Shown here: in pieces, positions 31,071 through 43,293 of the stretch
Layout: the number at the start of each line of letters is the position of its first letter
Numbering within the stretch: the first letter of the stretch is position 1
DNA from: the human T2T-CHM13v2.0 reference genome, Homo sapiens
Strand: one strand, 5' to 3'
Assembly: GCF_009914755.1 (NCBI RefSeq)
Contig: NC_060928.1
Length of the DNA stretch: 64,000 nucleotides
Position numbers and translations under genes: made by a program
The notes under the pieces: generated by a model
What the model saw: only the letters and a program-made list of their open reading frames with translations
Database searches by the model: none
Told to the model about the DNA's origin: nothing

Positions 31071-32889
31071 CTGGGAAGAAAGGGTGCAATTTAACGAAAA
31101 GCCAAACTTCTCTGCAACTATGTACATCTTGGACTAGGAAGATGGAACAACCTGTGCCTAAATCATCTCCAGGGCCAAGAAAATGGCCACGAATCGTTGT
31201 AACTCAGGAGCCTGGCACGGTGGCAGTGTGGCTGAATTCTCCACGTGACACTCCTGAACCCCGGGGCCGGGTACCTCTTTTTTGTGTGCTGCAGGGTAAT
31301 TAGCAGCATCCCTGGCTCCACCTACAGATGCCAGTGGCTCCCTCTCTCCAAGTCTTGACAACCAAGTTCCACAGGAGTGAAATAACAATGTCTTCTTATG
31401 TATAAAAGCGATGACATGCAGACACCACACAAACAGCTACACTGTATCCATGCCCTATTAAAATGGGGCAGGCATGACAACCAGTAAGAGGCTGGAACAC
31501 ACAGGACTGGGGGGGCCACTGACTTTCCCCTCTGTGACAGTCACACCGTGGGTGAACAGATTCGATTCCCCATAATCTTGCCTCCACCCAACCGAGATGC
31601 CAATAGTGAGACGGTGCCTGTGCGCTTATGGCTCCTCTGTGGCTAGCTCTGCCCATGAAGCCCAGGGAGGCTCCCAGCTGCAGGCAAGGGGGTTCCCACC
31701 AGCTCTCTGCTCCCCAGGTCCGGGTGGCCCCCAGCCTCTAGATCTGCAGCCCCACCTAGACAGGGTGAGATTCAGCCCCCACCCCTGCCTGGCACGGCAT
31801 ACATCCTGATGAAGGAAGCCTTGGCCTGCGGGTGGCACAGGTGCCCAGGAGCGCCTTCAACCACCAAGCATGACTTGGCTGTGAGGCCAGGCTTTAGCAC
31901 TCTGTCCACATCACCAGGCTGGCTCTTTTCCAGATGCAGAACTCAACTATCTGCACGAGAACCCGATGCTGAGGTCACTTCATGTTTGGTGGCCTGTGAC
32001 CTCACAGTGAAGACACAGACCCCGACCTCCTAATCTCTATCTGACTAGCTCTTGCTGTATTTTTTTCTGGATCCATTTCATTCATGAACTTGTTTGATTC
32101 TCACTACCAGACTGGCGATTGCCTTATAAACCAGGACGGACGTTGAAACCTGCTTTGTCTCTCCTCCCTTCCAGACCGGGCTGCCTTCCCTCTTTGCCTG
32201 TCCTGCACCTGAAGCCTGCAGCTGGGGAATGGGCTCTGGGGGTGGGCTCAGACATTTTTAAATAGGAAAGGGCCCCATTAATGTTTAACACAAAAGGATG
32301 TCTTCAAGGAGAATGGATGAGGGGACTTGACTACACACTAGGAGGAGAGTGGTAGGGGGGCACTCGGGGAGGGGAGGGTTTGGACAACACAGAGCTGCCT
32401 TACAATACGTGCATGGCCACGCGGGGACATCACAACCCCCTCAGGGAGAAATGATGACATGCGGGGCTAAATAAAACCTACTGTTACAAATCATTTCACC
32501 TGTTTCTTTTTTAAATGTGGCTACCAGGAAATTTCAACGCCACATGAGGCTCACATTATACACTGGACGTGGCTGTCTTAGGGAGGGGGAGACCCTGGTC
32601 CCAGGTGGGATTTAAGGGGTGAGTGGGGGAAGTGAAGATGTCAAAAGTGAGGCCTTCACTCAGCTCAGCAGGTGTCCTGTGCATGGGGCCCCCGTGGTCC
32701 CTCAGTACGGCCAGCAGCGCAGCTGGTGTTTGCTGGATGGAAGGAGACCCACAACTCTTCCGGGCCACCTGTCTAGAAGCACAGAGGCTACTTAGCCCTG
32801 GGGACTGAAGCCAGGGGACAGCCTGTGAGGTGGCCCATGGAGCCCCGAACCATGGGTGGTCCCTGCCAAGGCCTGGGGGCGGAAGTCAC

Positions 32890-33034
32890 CTTGGATCTTG
32901 ACTCTGGTTTCCGGGTCACTCAGGGTCCAAACATACACCATCATGTCCATGCCACCGGAGGCAAAGTGTTCATTGTCTGGGGACCAGGCCAGGCAGACGA
33001 TTTTTGCATGGTGTCCATAAAAAACATTGTTCTC
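32890..33034 (-). CDS. WDR1: WDR1 coding exon 14 (145 bp)
   Basis: TAG / GTGACT; [48 protein letters not shown]. Confidence 0.97.
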
Positions 33035-33338
33035 CTAGTTGCAGGTTGAAAACAAGAGAGGTGGCAGGTCAGGTTCAGGCCGCAGTTGCCCATATCACCT
33101 CGCTTATCCCTCATGGCGACAATAAGGACCGAGGTTTCTCACGCGCTAACTCTATGCCAGCGACCCCTGCAAACCCACTGACTCCTCAGAAGCATGGCAC
33201 GAGGCACCTGCTACTTGTAGAGGCAAGAAAACTACAGCTCAGACAGGCTCAGCTCAAGGTCACCAAGTCACAGATAACCTCCCACTGCCACCTGCACCGC
33301 CCAGCACGGGGACAGAGGAGGAGCCCGCCGCCACTCAC

Positions 33339-33512
33339 CGAGTAGCCGTCAGCAACGCTGAACACTGTGACCACCTTGCTGGCGTCGCACACCGCGAGGA
33401 AGGCGCCGTCGTGGGAGTAGGCCACGTCGGTCACGGGGCCCTTGGCCTCTAGGAGCTTGCCCTCATCCTTCAGCGTGGTGCCCAGGATGGAATACAGGCG
33501 GACGTTGCCGTC
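33339..33512 (-). CDS. WDR1: WDR1 coding exon 13 (174 bp)
   Basis: TAG / GTGAGT; [58 protein letters not shown]. Confidence 0.97.
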
Positions 33513-34196
33513 CTACGGCAGGGACAGAGAGGAAGTGAGCCACCCCTGAACACACACACCACACCCATCCTTTGTGAAGGGGGGGTCGAGGGCTTAAGAA
33601 ACTGTGCCGTTCCCACTGACTGCTGCTCTGCTGGGCCCATGCCAGGAGCTGGGCATGGCTCTTCCCGTGGATGGGCCTGAAACCTACGCAGCTCTATGAA
33701 AACAGCTGTTGGTACCTCGGGGCACCGCTGGTCTCATGAGGCCCTCAAGCTGGCTGGTGGAGGAAGCCACTCCATGCCCTGGTCACATCCGGCACCTGAA
33801 GGACCTGGCAGCACATAGACCCACCCAGCCCCTAGCATGGAGGGCACTGCCACGCCTGCTGCAGGACTGGGTTATCAGAGGGCTGCCCTCCTGGGCTGGA
33901 GAGGGGAAATGAGCTCTTCTACAGAGCACTCAGGACTTGGCCAGGCACACTGTGACCAGACCACACACACAAATTCAAGGGCATGAGAATTATGCCGAGG
34001 CAGAACTCAAGGGAAACTGTAAAATGTCTGGTTAGTACCGCACCTTGAAGATGCTGGGAAACTTCTGTCACTCTTCCTTCAACCTGTGAGCCGAGCCCAG
34101 CCCCAGGGGATGCCATTCCTTGATTTCCTGACCTGCTACCCTCTTGCGCTCCCCTCCTGCCGCCACTCATGGGGCTGGCTCTGAGGCACAGCTGTG

Positions 34197-34278
34197 CCCT
34201 CCTCGGCACTCCCTCTACCTCACTGTCCACAGTCTTGTGGGCACCCGGGCAGTGAGGTGGGGGAAGTGCCGAGGAGGG
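34197..34278 (-). ncRNA. MIR3138: pre-miRNA hairpin MIR3138 in WDR1 intron 12
   Basis: 82-nt near-perfect hairpin CCCUCCUCGGCACU...AGUGCCGAGGAGGG; the 3' arm UGUGGACAGUGAGGUAGAGGGAGU (34231-34208) matches miR-3138 as I recall it. Confidence 0.88.
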
Positions 34279-34476
34279 GAGGGGAAGGCTCCAGCCCTGG
34301 GTGGCAGGAGATGGCGTGGCTGGGCCCCAGAGCAGGTCCCACGCCCCGACTGCCCCCATCCTTCCCCTGACCCCTCGCCTTCCCTGAGACAGCCCCGGTA
34401 CTCACACAGCTCACACTGTCCCCAAATCACCCAGATACCAAGGACAGAGAGCACGGGGGAGAGGAAAGCGACTTAC

Positions 34477-34587
34477 CACACCCCCAATTGCCACCGTGTC
34501 CCCGCCGGGGTGCACTGCCACAACTTCGGGCTCGTAGCCGGGGTTGTCGATGCTGAAGCACTTCCTCTGATCCTTCAGCAGGACAAT
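34477..34587 (-). CDS. WDR1: WDR1 coding exon 12 (111 bp)
   Basis: CAG / GTAAGT; [37 protein letters not shown]. Confidence 0.97.
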
Positions 34588-36942
34588 CTGTGGCACACAC
34601 AGGCAGCTGGTCAGGCGGTCCAGCCCTTCGGGACAAAACCCTCAGTGGTAGGAGGGGCGCGTCCCTGTCGGGGCTCACTGGAGCTGGGTTTGGCTCCATA
34701 CCCAACCTCTTTGCAGGGCCACCTGGGGCTCTGAGCCACACCACCTGGACTCATGTCCCGTTTGACAGTTGCTCTAGCCAGTCAGGTGGGGCAGGAAACA
34801 CAACTAACTGTGACCATTACTGTCATCACTACATTACTTCCAAGGCAGTCACCACAGCACCACCTCTTGGAAAGTCACTTGGCCTCGATGGGAATCAACG
34901 TTCAGGGTAAGAAAGGTACTAACAACAGTAAACAAAAACAGCGACAGCCCCTGGGCACGTGCCAGCGCTCTGCTGTGAGTGTTCCAGCCCCACAAGGCAG
35001 GGATCGGGTTCCCCGTTTCAGAGAAGAAAATGGGGTACGGTGCTTATGCTGCACGCCCAAGGCTCCAGTTCCCACAGGCTGAGCCGGGACTCGCCCAGAA
35101 TCCAAGCCTCGGCACCCGCACTGGGCCTTTGCCTCTGGTACATGCAGCAGAGGCTCTGCAGCGGGGGCCTTCCTTCCATCTCCCTTCCTTGTCAATTCTT
35201 CCGGTTCTAACTTACTCAACTGCTCCCAGACAGTGGCCTTCATCTCTGAGTTTTGCCTTTATCCCAGTGTGCCCCTACCCAAGCCACCAGCTGTCATGAG
35301 GGAAGGCAGCCTCTGCCCCTACCGTCTGGGCTTCTGTTTCTGCGTGGATTGTGGGTGGATCGCGATGAATGGTAGCAGCACCCTGACTAAAACCTACTAC
35401 TGAAGAGGCACCTCTGTCATCTGCCCGGCTCTGGAGGTGGCCTTACCTACTCACAGGTGAAGAATGAGGGCCTAAGCATTTGCCTGAAGCTTCGTCCGAC
35501 ATGAGACTTGAACCTGGTTGTTTCCTGATCTAAAATCCCAGGCCCCTCCTAGCACCCTCCTAACCCTTTGACTGGTGACAGGGAGCTCTGCAGAAAATTC
35601 TGACCCAGAGCAGGGGTTCCAGATGCCCTGGGAGGATCAGGTAACAGCAGATCACAGAGAAATGCCACATGAGGAGGTGCAGAGACCTGGAGCCTGTCCC
35701 CTGCACACCACAACCCTACCGGGGTCCTTTCTAACCTCCTGGGCAGCAGGCGCCAGCTGGGCCAGTCTGAACATCCTCTCAGCCTCAGGGGAAAGGGTGG
35801 CCTATGATGACCACAACTTTACAGATGAGGAAACCTGGGTCTGGAGACACAGGGCACGCTGCCCTAGGCCTCATCCCCTCACCCACAAAGCCCCATGTGC
35901 AGACCCCTTGGCTGGGAAGAGCCCTGCTGTGCAGAGATAGGCCACCTGCCAGCCTTCTAGAACTCCGCTTTGTAGCGTTTCCCCCAGGCCCCGAGGCGCT
36001 CCATGTGTGGATTCCCTTTGCACCTCCCCACCCCCACTGGCTGTCCAGGCTGTTTGCAATAATTACTTGGCAGGGATTTCTTATTATCTAGGACACAGAG
36101 AAATCCACTGTCCCTAACGCAATTAAGTTCACAAGGCAAAGGAGGGCCAGAGGGTGCTGAAAGCAGCTTTCTTTAGCAGGGCTCGCCACTCGTGCCAACA
36201 GGTGCCCCTTGACTTCCCCGGTCTACATGCCAGCAAGCCTAGGCCCGCCAACAGATAATATCTTCTGCAGGGCAGAATTCTGTATAAAGTGGGTCAGGCT
36301 TGGGTCTCAGGTGGCTTTGGTCCAGATATTCCAAAGGTGTGCAGGTGGCCCCACTGTCTGGGGTTAGAAGCCAGGCCGGGAAGTCAGGTGCCACCCTTCT
36401 GCATGTGGGAAAGTACCAAGCTGCTCTAGGCCTCAGCCTCCTCATCTGTAAGAGGAACCAAGATGGTGTAAGGAGACTTACATGTACTTCCTCATAATCA
36501 CCTGGATCTGTGAGTGCTGGGGATGGGAAACTAAGGCTCAGAGAGGGTGAGGTAAATGCCGGAGGTCACACAGCTACAATGCAGCAGGGCTGGGATGTGA
36601 ACAGGAGCAAAGGCAGGCCCACCCCACAGGGTATCTCATAGACTTTACAGGCTGACAGGCAGGCAGCGTGGTCTGAGGCTTAGAGACAAATCCCAGCTCT
36701 GCCCTCCGACCAGCTGCGGCCTTGGACAACCAATTTATCCATTCCGTGCCTCCATTTCTTCATCTGTACAACTGATGTGATGGTGGTGAGGATTAAATAT
36801 GTGAGATCCCTTAGTGCAGTGCAAATGAGCACTCAACCAAAACACTGGCTAGAGCAACTGTCAAACGGGACATGAGTCAAATTCAGCAAGCAGGCACCAC
36901 ACAGCTGCAGGCTCCCACCCAAACACTAAGCCAGGTCCCTAC

Positions 36943-37030
36943 CTGTCCAATGCACACGACCACGGCGTATCCCCCGGGGCCGACGGCTACGCACTTTGGC
37001 TGAACGTCCAGTTTCACAACTCCTTGTCCG
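36943..37030 (-). CDS. WDR1: WDR1 coding exon 11 (88 bp)
   Basis: CAG / GTAGGG; [29 protein letters not shown]. Confidence 0.96.
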
Positions 37031-37231
37031 CTGTTAGAGAGAAAGGAAGCACATTACTTCGACAATGCAGCAGCTCAGGGTAGGTATGCATACATATTTA
37101 CTGTTAAACCACAGTTTTGCTCCTTAGAAGGCAATTCTATTGCCACCTATACTGGAGAGACTTGCTAAAATATGGGATGGTAGCGAAAAAACGATCCATG
37201 ACTCTGGTGCAAAGAGATTATAAGTCATAAT

Positions 37232-37281
37232 GGGGGCCCGGGGAGGGGTGGGGGGGGGGGGAAGGAGGGGCGGGAGGCGGT
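37232..37281 (+). other. G-rich tract with G-quadruplex potential
   Basis: gggggcccggggaggggtggggggggggggaaggaggggcggg; more than four G runs. Confidence 0.6.
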
Positions 37282-38608
37282 GAAAGGCGTTGATTATGCT
37301 CCTATTTATCTGTGGTAAGCCCTCATTACACCCAGATGTGGCTTTTGTCCCCCTGTCTGTTGGCTAAAGACTGGAGTTTACTGAGCACAGACAGAATTGA
37401 GCTCTGCTCCCCAAAATGGATGGGTAACTTTTAAGAATCCGTTACCTTTAATGGGTGAAAATCATGTTATTTTTAGCCTTGGCCAATGCTATCAAAACTT
37501 GTTCTAGAAAGACTCATACACACAAACTTCTTGAAAACTGAGATAATCAAGGAAATTTCTGTGTCACTCGGCCAAGTGTGGCATCCCCAAAGGCTCTGCA
37601 GCAAGGTCACCAGGCCAAGGCTGGCTCTGTAAGGGCCTTGCCTTGGGTTATCTGGCCCAGGGAAGACCCTTTTATGGGACGTGTTAAGAGTGGGGTCACC
37701 ACAGGGCAGTAGAAAGAGGACCAGGGCCCAGATGCCTGGGCTCTGGGGCCGCTTCTGCCACTCATCGGGAGGCCCAATTTACCTACAGATGCCCAGTCTG
37801 CCAGGCAGGCAGGGCCTGTGTTACCTACAAGGACGGCACACCTGCTAGGAGTTGCGTGCTGCACCCTGTGCCAGGCTCCCATCAACAGGCCCCAGGAGTC
37901 CCCATCTCCCAGGCAACACGACTTAGGCAGGACTACCGGGTGACAAAGGGGTCTACACAAGAAATGTAGGGCCAGAGGAGGGGTCAGACCTGGGCATGGG
38001 GACACTGGATGTGCAGTGGCCTCGTCAGGTCCTGGAACATTTCTCTTTCAAGTCCCTCCAACTGCATTTAGGACTTCAGATCACTTGCAAACTGCTACTC
38101 TCCTAGCTCCACTGACTGCCAATCAAAGGCCCAAGACCAAAAACAAACAAGACATTGTCTTTTAACCAGATCACTGTGTGCCCATCTCACCCTTGAGCAG
38201 AAGGGGAATGCTGTCTTGTACTCAGCACCTGCCCTGTGCCAGGCTCACCTAATCCACAACAGCCTGAGGCAGGCTCCACTGTACCCGCCTTTACTGATGA
38301 GGAAAGGGACACAGGGAGAGACCGCAGCAGGTTCCTGGAGAACAGGGCTGTGATCTGCTGCCCCTGCTTCCAGGGCAGAGTCCACACCTGGTCGTTGTCT
38401 GTGGGCAAGAGCATTACCCAGACCACCTGGATCTGTAACACAGTGCTGGGCTCAGGGCCCAACAACAGGAGAACAATGCTGGGGACGGGGTGGGAGAGAT
38501 GAAAGGAGCAAGTGAGGCGTCCTCCAGAACAGTAACTGCTGGAGGGCACAAGCCCTCCGAGGGGAGCTGAGGCTCATCCGGAACCCCCGCAGACCCGAGT
38601 GCTCTCAC

Positions 38609-38765
38609 CTGTAGTCCCGCAGCATGAGGCTGGTGTACCGCACGGTGTCGTCCATGCTGCAGCTGATGAGCTGCCCCGACTCATCCACGGTCATCCTGGA
38701 CACCTGGTTCGTGTGGCCTTTCCCAGCGAAGGAGTCGTTCTCCCCCGTCTCTGAATCCCAGTAAT
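38609..38765 (-). CDS. WDR1: WDR1 coding exon 10 (157 bp)
   Basis: AC acceptor / GTGAGA; (N)[51 protein letters not shown](S). Confidence 0.96.
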
Positions 38766-40029
38766 GTAGGGTGGGGTTAAGGAAAAGCCCGGCTCCCAGG
38801 ACTGCTGGGTGTTCTCAGGTGTGGCTTCAGTCCTAAGATTCTCCATTTACATCAAGAATGAGAATCTCGCCGCAAACGGACATAACCATTCCCCCTGGGA
38901 AGCCTGCAGTGTCCACTGTTGACACGTTCTTAGGAAGGGGTATCTGAAGTGTGGGTGCACCACACAGGGATTGGGATGAGGCAGAAAGGGAGCCGTGCTG
39001 AAGGCCTACTGGGGACCAGCAAGCTGGGGAGGCTCCGGCGTCTCCTCTGCTACTAGTTATCGGGTAGGCGCAACCCTCTAACCCCACATTTCTTTATGTT
39101 TTGGGGGCAGAGGGTGGCATGTCTGCCCTCCTCTCCCAGCCTGGGGGGACCTCCTTGGGTCCCGGACAGTCCCTTTGGGAGGTACAGCACATGCGGACCA
39201 GAGCTGTCCACACAAAAGGCAGTCTCCAACACAGCACGGTGCTCAGGGAGGGCAGCAGAACAACGCACAGCAGGTGCCATCATCAGCAACGTGTGTGGGC
39301 ATCCCTGCCCAGGCACTCTGCAGATGGTGGCTCCAAGGTTCAAGACACACCCGTGAGCAGGGTGTCACCAGCCCCAGGCCATGCAGGAAAAACACAACAG
39401 AAGCCCCCATCATCAGGGAGAAACCAGGACTCATTTAAAGAAACCCAGACAAGGACTTATAAGGGGGACACAAACACCTCCAGGGAACATCACCGAAGGG
39501 CCACAAGGCACCTCGCAGGAGCTCCAGCCCTGGCTCTGTGGACCACAGGCTGCATGACTCTGGGGCGGGCACATCAGCTCTCTGGGCTCTGGTTTTCCTA
39601 TTTTTAAAACAAGGGGACCCAACGTAAGGGTGTCCAGGTGCTTGTGAATTCTAGGAATCAAGAAACCCACCATGTGGAGTAGGGCCAAGGCTGGCGCCAG
39701 GTGCCATTGGCAGAGGTAGTGGCAGCCCAAGCTCAGGGCCGTTAAGCCACACTCTCAGGGTTGCACGACAAGAAGGGACTGATCAGGTCGGAGCCGCCCA
39801 TGGCTTTTCCTCAGCATAAGCCCTGGAGTTGCCAAGGACAACTCCAGGGGACAGTTGCCTGTCCCCATGTACAGACAGGCCACCCCTAGAAGCCACACGG
39901 GTCAGAAGAGCGTGTGGCTGTGGCTGCAGCTGGAGCCACCTGGCTGGCCTGGCCTCTGGCATCATGGGAACAGGAAATTCCCCCCTAGAGCCAGCGGCTC
40001 CGGAGCCAGCTCTTTGAGTCAAAGGATAT
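38766..40029 (-). other. WDR1: U12-dependent (minor spliceosome) AT-AC intron 9 of WDR1, 1264 bp
   Basis: 5'ss ATATCCTTT (40029-40021), branch site TTTTCCTTAAC (38786-38776), 3' end ...CCCTAC; joining restores GHI-N-YWD. Confidence 0.95.
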
Positions 40030-40117
40030 TAATGTGTCCGTCGTGGCTCCCAGAGTAAATGTAGGACTTGCCGCCGTTTTTATGCACCGTCAGACACTGG
40101 ATCGATTTACTGTGACC
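40030..40117 (-). CDS. WDR1: WDR1 coding exon 9 (88 bp), followed by a U12 AT-AC donor
   Basis: CAG acceptor; [29 protein letters not shown](N); donor ATATCCTTT. Confidence 0.96.
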
Positions 40118-41490
40118 CTGTGAAGGAGACACACTGGGCGGGTAAGCTGATGACACACTGCCCTGCCCTCTGCCACCCGCTTTCCACCAACGAAGCTTCT
40201 GGGTAATGGAGGGGGCAGACGCCCCTCAATCCATGGCAGTGCAGGTGCTCTGAGGCCCCAGTAGCCCCAGCTGCCCGAATGCACGGCCCACGAGCCCTAA
40301 GAAACCTTTCCAAAGCTACCCAGTCACCTACAGACCCTGCCCTTCATTCCCCTCCCTCCAAGGTACCTAACCCAGACCTGGGCCCAGACCTGCGTCTAAC
40401 CAAGGCCCAGCACGTCAGCACCTGAGCACCTAACGAGTGCAGACACGTGGCCTGCACCCCGCCGACCAGCACCCGTCGCGGGGAGCCACAAGGGGGTCGG
40501 TCCAGGAGGACTTCGCTGGCCACATTCGCTTCAGGCCCTGGTTTGTGAGGTTTCTTCTCTCTCCCTGCCCAGGAGTGCTGGCCCTGCTGAGGGCAGGGGT
40601 CTCTCTGATCACTGTAAAAGCCCAAGGCTGTCCGTGAACGCTGACGCTCCTACCCTAACCTCCCTGACTGCTGCAGTGGAGGGCACACAAGGCTGGTCCA
40701 CAACCAGACAGCTGCTTCCAGAGGGCGGCGTTTAGCCCCCTCCATATCTGAGCCTGAGACAAAAATAACAGCTAGGGTGCAGGCTCCTCATGCCTTTCTC
40801 CTGCAAAGGGAGGCCAGCTCCTGGCTGGCCCCTCTCCTCTGAGCTCAGGGCTTTTCCGCAGGAATTCTTGATCTCTGTGGTATGCCACATGTTGCCACAA
40901 TATGGCATAGATCTTTGGATGCAGGTCTCCTTGGAGACAGGTACACAGTTACCAGTGGGACTGGAGAATGGGCAACGAATGCAGCTACTTTCATCTTTTC
41001 CACAGAGACGTGGGGAAAAATCATCACATGCCCCAGTAAGAGACACTGAGCTGGGCGGCCTCCTTCCAATGTGGCATCCCACCAGTCCCTTACAGCGCGG
41101 ACCTCAGACCAGCACAGCCCCCACCAGCAGGGCTCAGGCCCACCTTCCTGCCAAATCAGAACGTGCACTCGGCAAGAGGCCAAGAGACTTGTGTGCAGGC
41201 TCAATGCCTTGAACTTACCAGAAACACTCCTAGCCATGCCCAGATGCCCACGGGTGTTCCTTCTGGAGGCCTGCAAGCTCCTGCTGCCCTGAGACTTCCC
41301 TGTAAACTTAGTGCCTCTGGGGGCGTCAGCAGCCAGCGCTTTTTAGAGCTCCCAGGTGGTTCTAACACGCAGCCTGGGCTGATACCTGCTGCTCCATCCC
41401 ACTGCAGCCCAGATCAGCACTGAACATCAGCATCTGCGTGACTCACACAGGTGTGGCATTTGAGAGTTGGGACATGGGGGTTTTGACAAC

Positions 41491-41573
41491 TGGCCCTTGG
41501 GGTTTTGGTGGAAGGGTGGGATGCTGGTTGCTTTTTTGGGACATAAGTTTAGCCACGGTGGCAGGCCGGGTGC
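41491..41573 (+). repeat. Left arm of 83-bp inverted repeat (partner 43087-43169)
   Basis: 78/83 identical to the reverse complement of 43087-43169 by manual alignment. Confidence 0.9.
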
Positions 41574-43086
41574 ACTGGCCCCAGACAGTTGGCAGCAGTG
41601 GTATTAGGAAGAGCACTCTCAGGGCAGCCCTGCCAACAGAAACGGGACGGCAGACCTGAGGGCTGACACCTGGAGAACACTGTCGGGGATGGCTCATGGG
41701 AAACTGTTTTTCTGGGCAGTAGCGAAGCCTTACTCACCCGTGTACAATTTCTCACCATCCCACTTGGAGGCCCACTGGAGCATGGTCTCGACAAGAGCCC
41801 TCAGCTCCCCCAGGCAACAACCTCCTCGGCCCCATGCTGTGCGTGCCTTCCTTTTTATACTCATCACCCTGGGCTGTGAGCCCAGCAAGGAGGCGCTCCC
41901 GATTCCCCTCTATCCTCGAGGCCACGTCTAGTGAACCTTTATGGTTCAGCCTTCCCCCTCTCAGCAGTGCTGCTGCCCCCACTGCCCCGGCACAAAGGAA
42001 CCGTGACTCTATGCATGAGCGTTGAGGTGACCTGGTCCGTAGGAGTCACACACACAACGTTAACGAGGCCCCTTCCTCGTGGGCAAACTCCCATGTAGAA
42101 TGGATTTGGTGATTCTAGCAGCCCCTCCTAGAAGCCGTGGTGTGAAGGAGCCACTGACAGCACAGCACGGGCCGAGTGCACAGGCCCGGGGGCTGCTCCA
42201 GGCTGGCCCACACTAGCCCTGCAGGGTTCAGACCCTCTGCAGAGGCTGGTCCCCCAGAGCTCCACGGCAGCAGGATGCAATGGGTGAGGGAAGTGCTAGG
42301 GTTTGTCTCCCCGAGTGGCTTAAAGCAGGAGCCCGAGAAGGGCTGCTGGGATGAAGTGCATTGTCCACCTGCCTTGATATTACAGCTTAGAATAGCAGGA
42401 GGGGTCACCCACCCTGGGCCACCAGCGCTGGGGGAACCTGACTTGGAGTTCCCAGCAGATGCAGTGTGGGAAGCAGGCGAGGGCGCTGCTGTGAGAGGAG
42501 GACCTGAGGATACAGAAGGGACCCCTGCTCTGGCTCCTGTCCAGCTGCGAGATTCCCAGAGGCGTCAACTTGGCTGGTGTGGGTGGAGGGAGAAGGCAGG
42601 ACCCCCCCAGCCAATGGAACACAGGGAGCCTTTGGCTCAAGTGAACCCTTCCGGGTTAGGGTTCAGAAGCAGGCACCTTGCTCCTCCCCAGGTTGGCATT
42701 TGGGGCCTTCACACCTGGGACCCATGGATGATTCTAACTCCGTTTCCTCCTGCTCCCATCGCTCCCTTATGGAACTCCAGTATCTCCTTCACACCCTGCC
42801 CACCACATTCAAACTCCAGGCAGCGCCAAGGCCCAGGCCCAAGGCCACCTGCTCTTGCTCCTCCCTCCTGCCCCTGGACCTCAGCGATGCCCCGTCACCT
42901 GCCCTGGTGCTCAGTGAGCTTCTGCTCTTGCCTGCAGTCGGGTAAAGCACAGGCTGTGCACTCCCAATTCAGGGAAGGCAGAGCCCTGCAGGAAGTAACC
43001 GCTCTCAACAGCTGGGGGTGATGGCCACTGCCCCGAATCACTAGGCCCTGACTCTCCAGTTCTCACAGTAGCTCAAGGGGAACTTG

Positions 43087-43169
43087 GCACCTGGCCTGCC
43101 ACCATGGCTAAACTCATGTCCCAAGAAAGCAACCAGCATCCCAGCCTTCCACCAAAACCCCAAGGGCCA
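43087..43169 (-). repeat. Right arm of 83-bp inverted repeat (partner 41491-41573)
   Basis: Same manual alignment; the ORF track also shows near-identical peptides ([21 protein letters not shown]) on opposite strands. Confidence 0.9.
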
Positions 43170-43293
43170 AGGAGGCCTGAGGACACCTCTCTAGCTTCCA
43201 CCTGGCTTCCCCTCGGTTCCCCTTCCTTGCTGGCCACTCTGGTCTCTTCCCTGTCCACCCAGCGGGCAGAGCCTTCCCCAGGGCAGGCCTTAC

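Noticed and set aside
42176-43021. Longest ORF in the track (281 aa, + strand), lying inside the inverted-repeat loop
   Set aside because: Non-ATG start, Pro/Gly/Ala-rich composition typical of GC-rich intron, antisense to WDR1, and no recognisable domain or transposase motif
41491-43169. Reading the inverted repeats as terminal inverted repeats of a DNA transposon
   Set aside because: No target-site duplication, no recognisable hAT/Tc1/piggyBac termini and no transposase remnant between the arms
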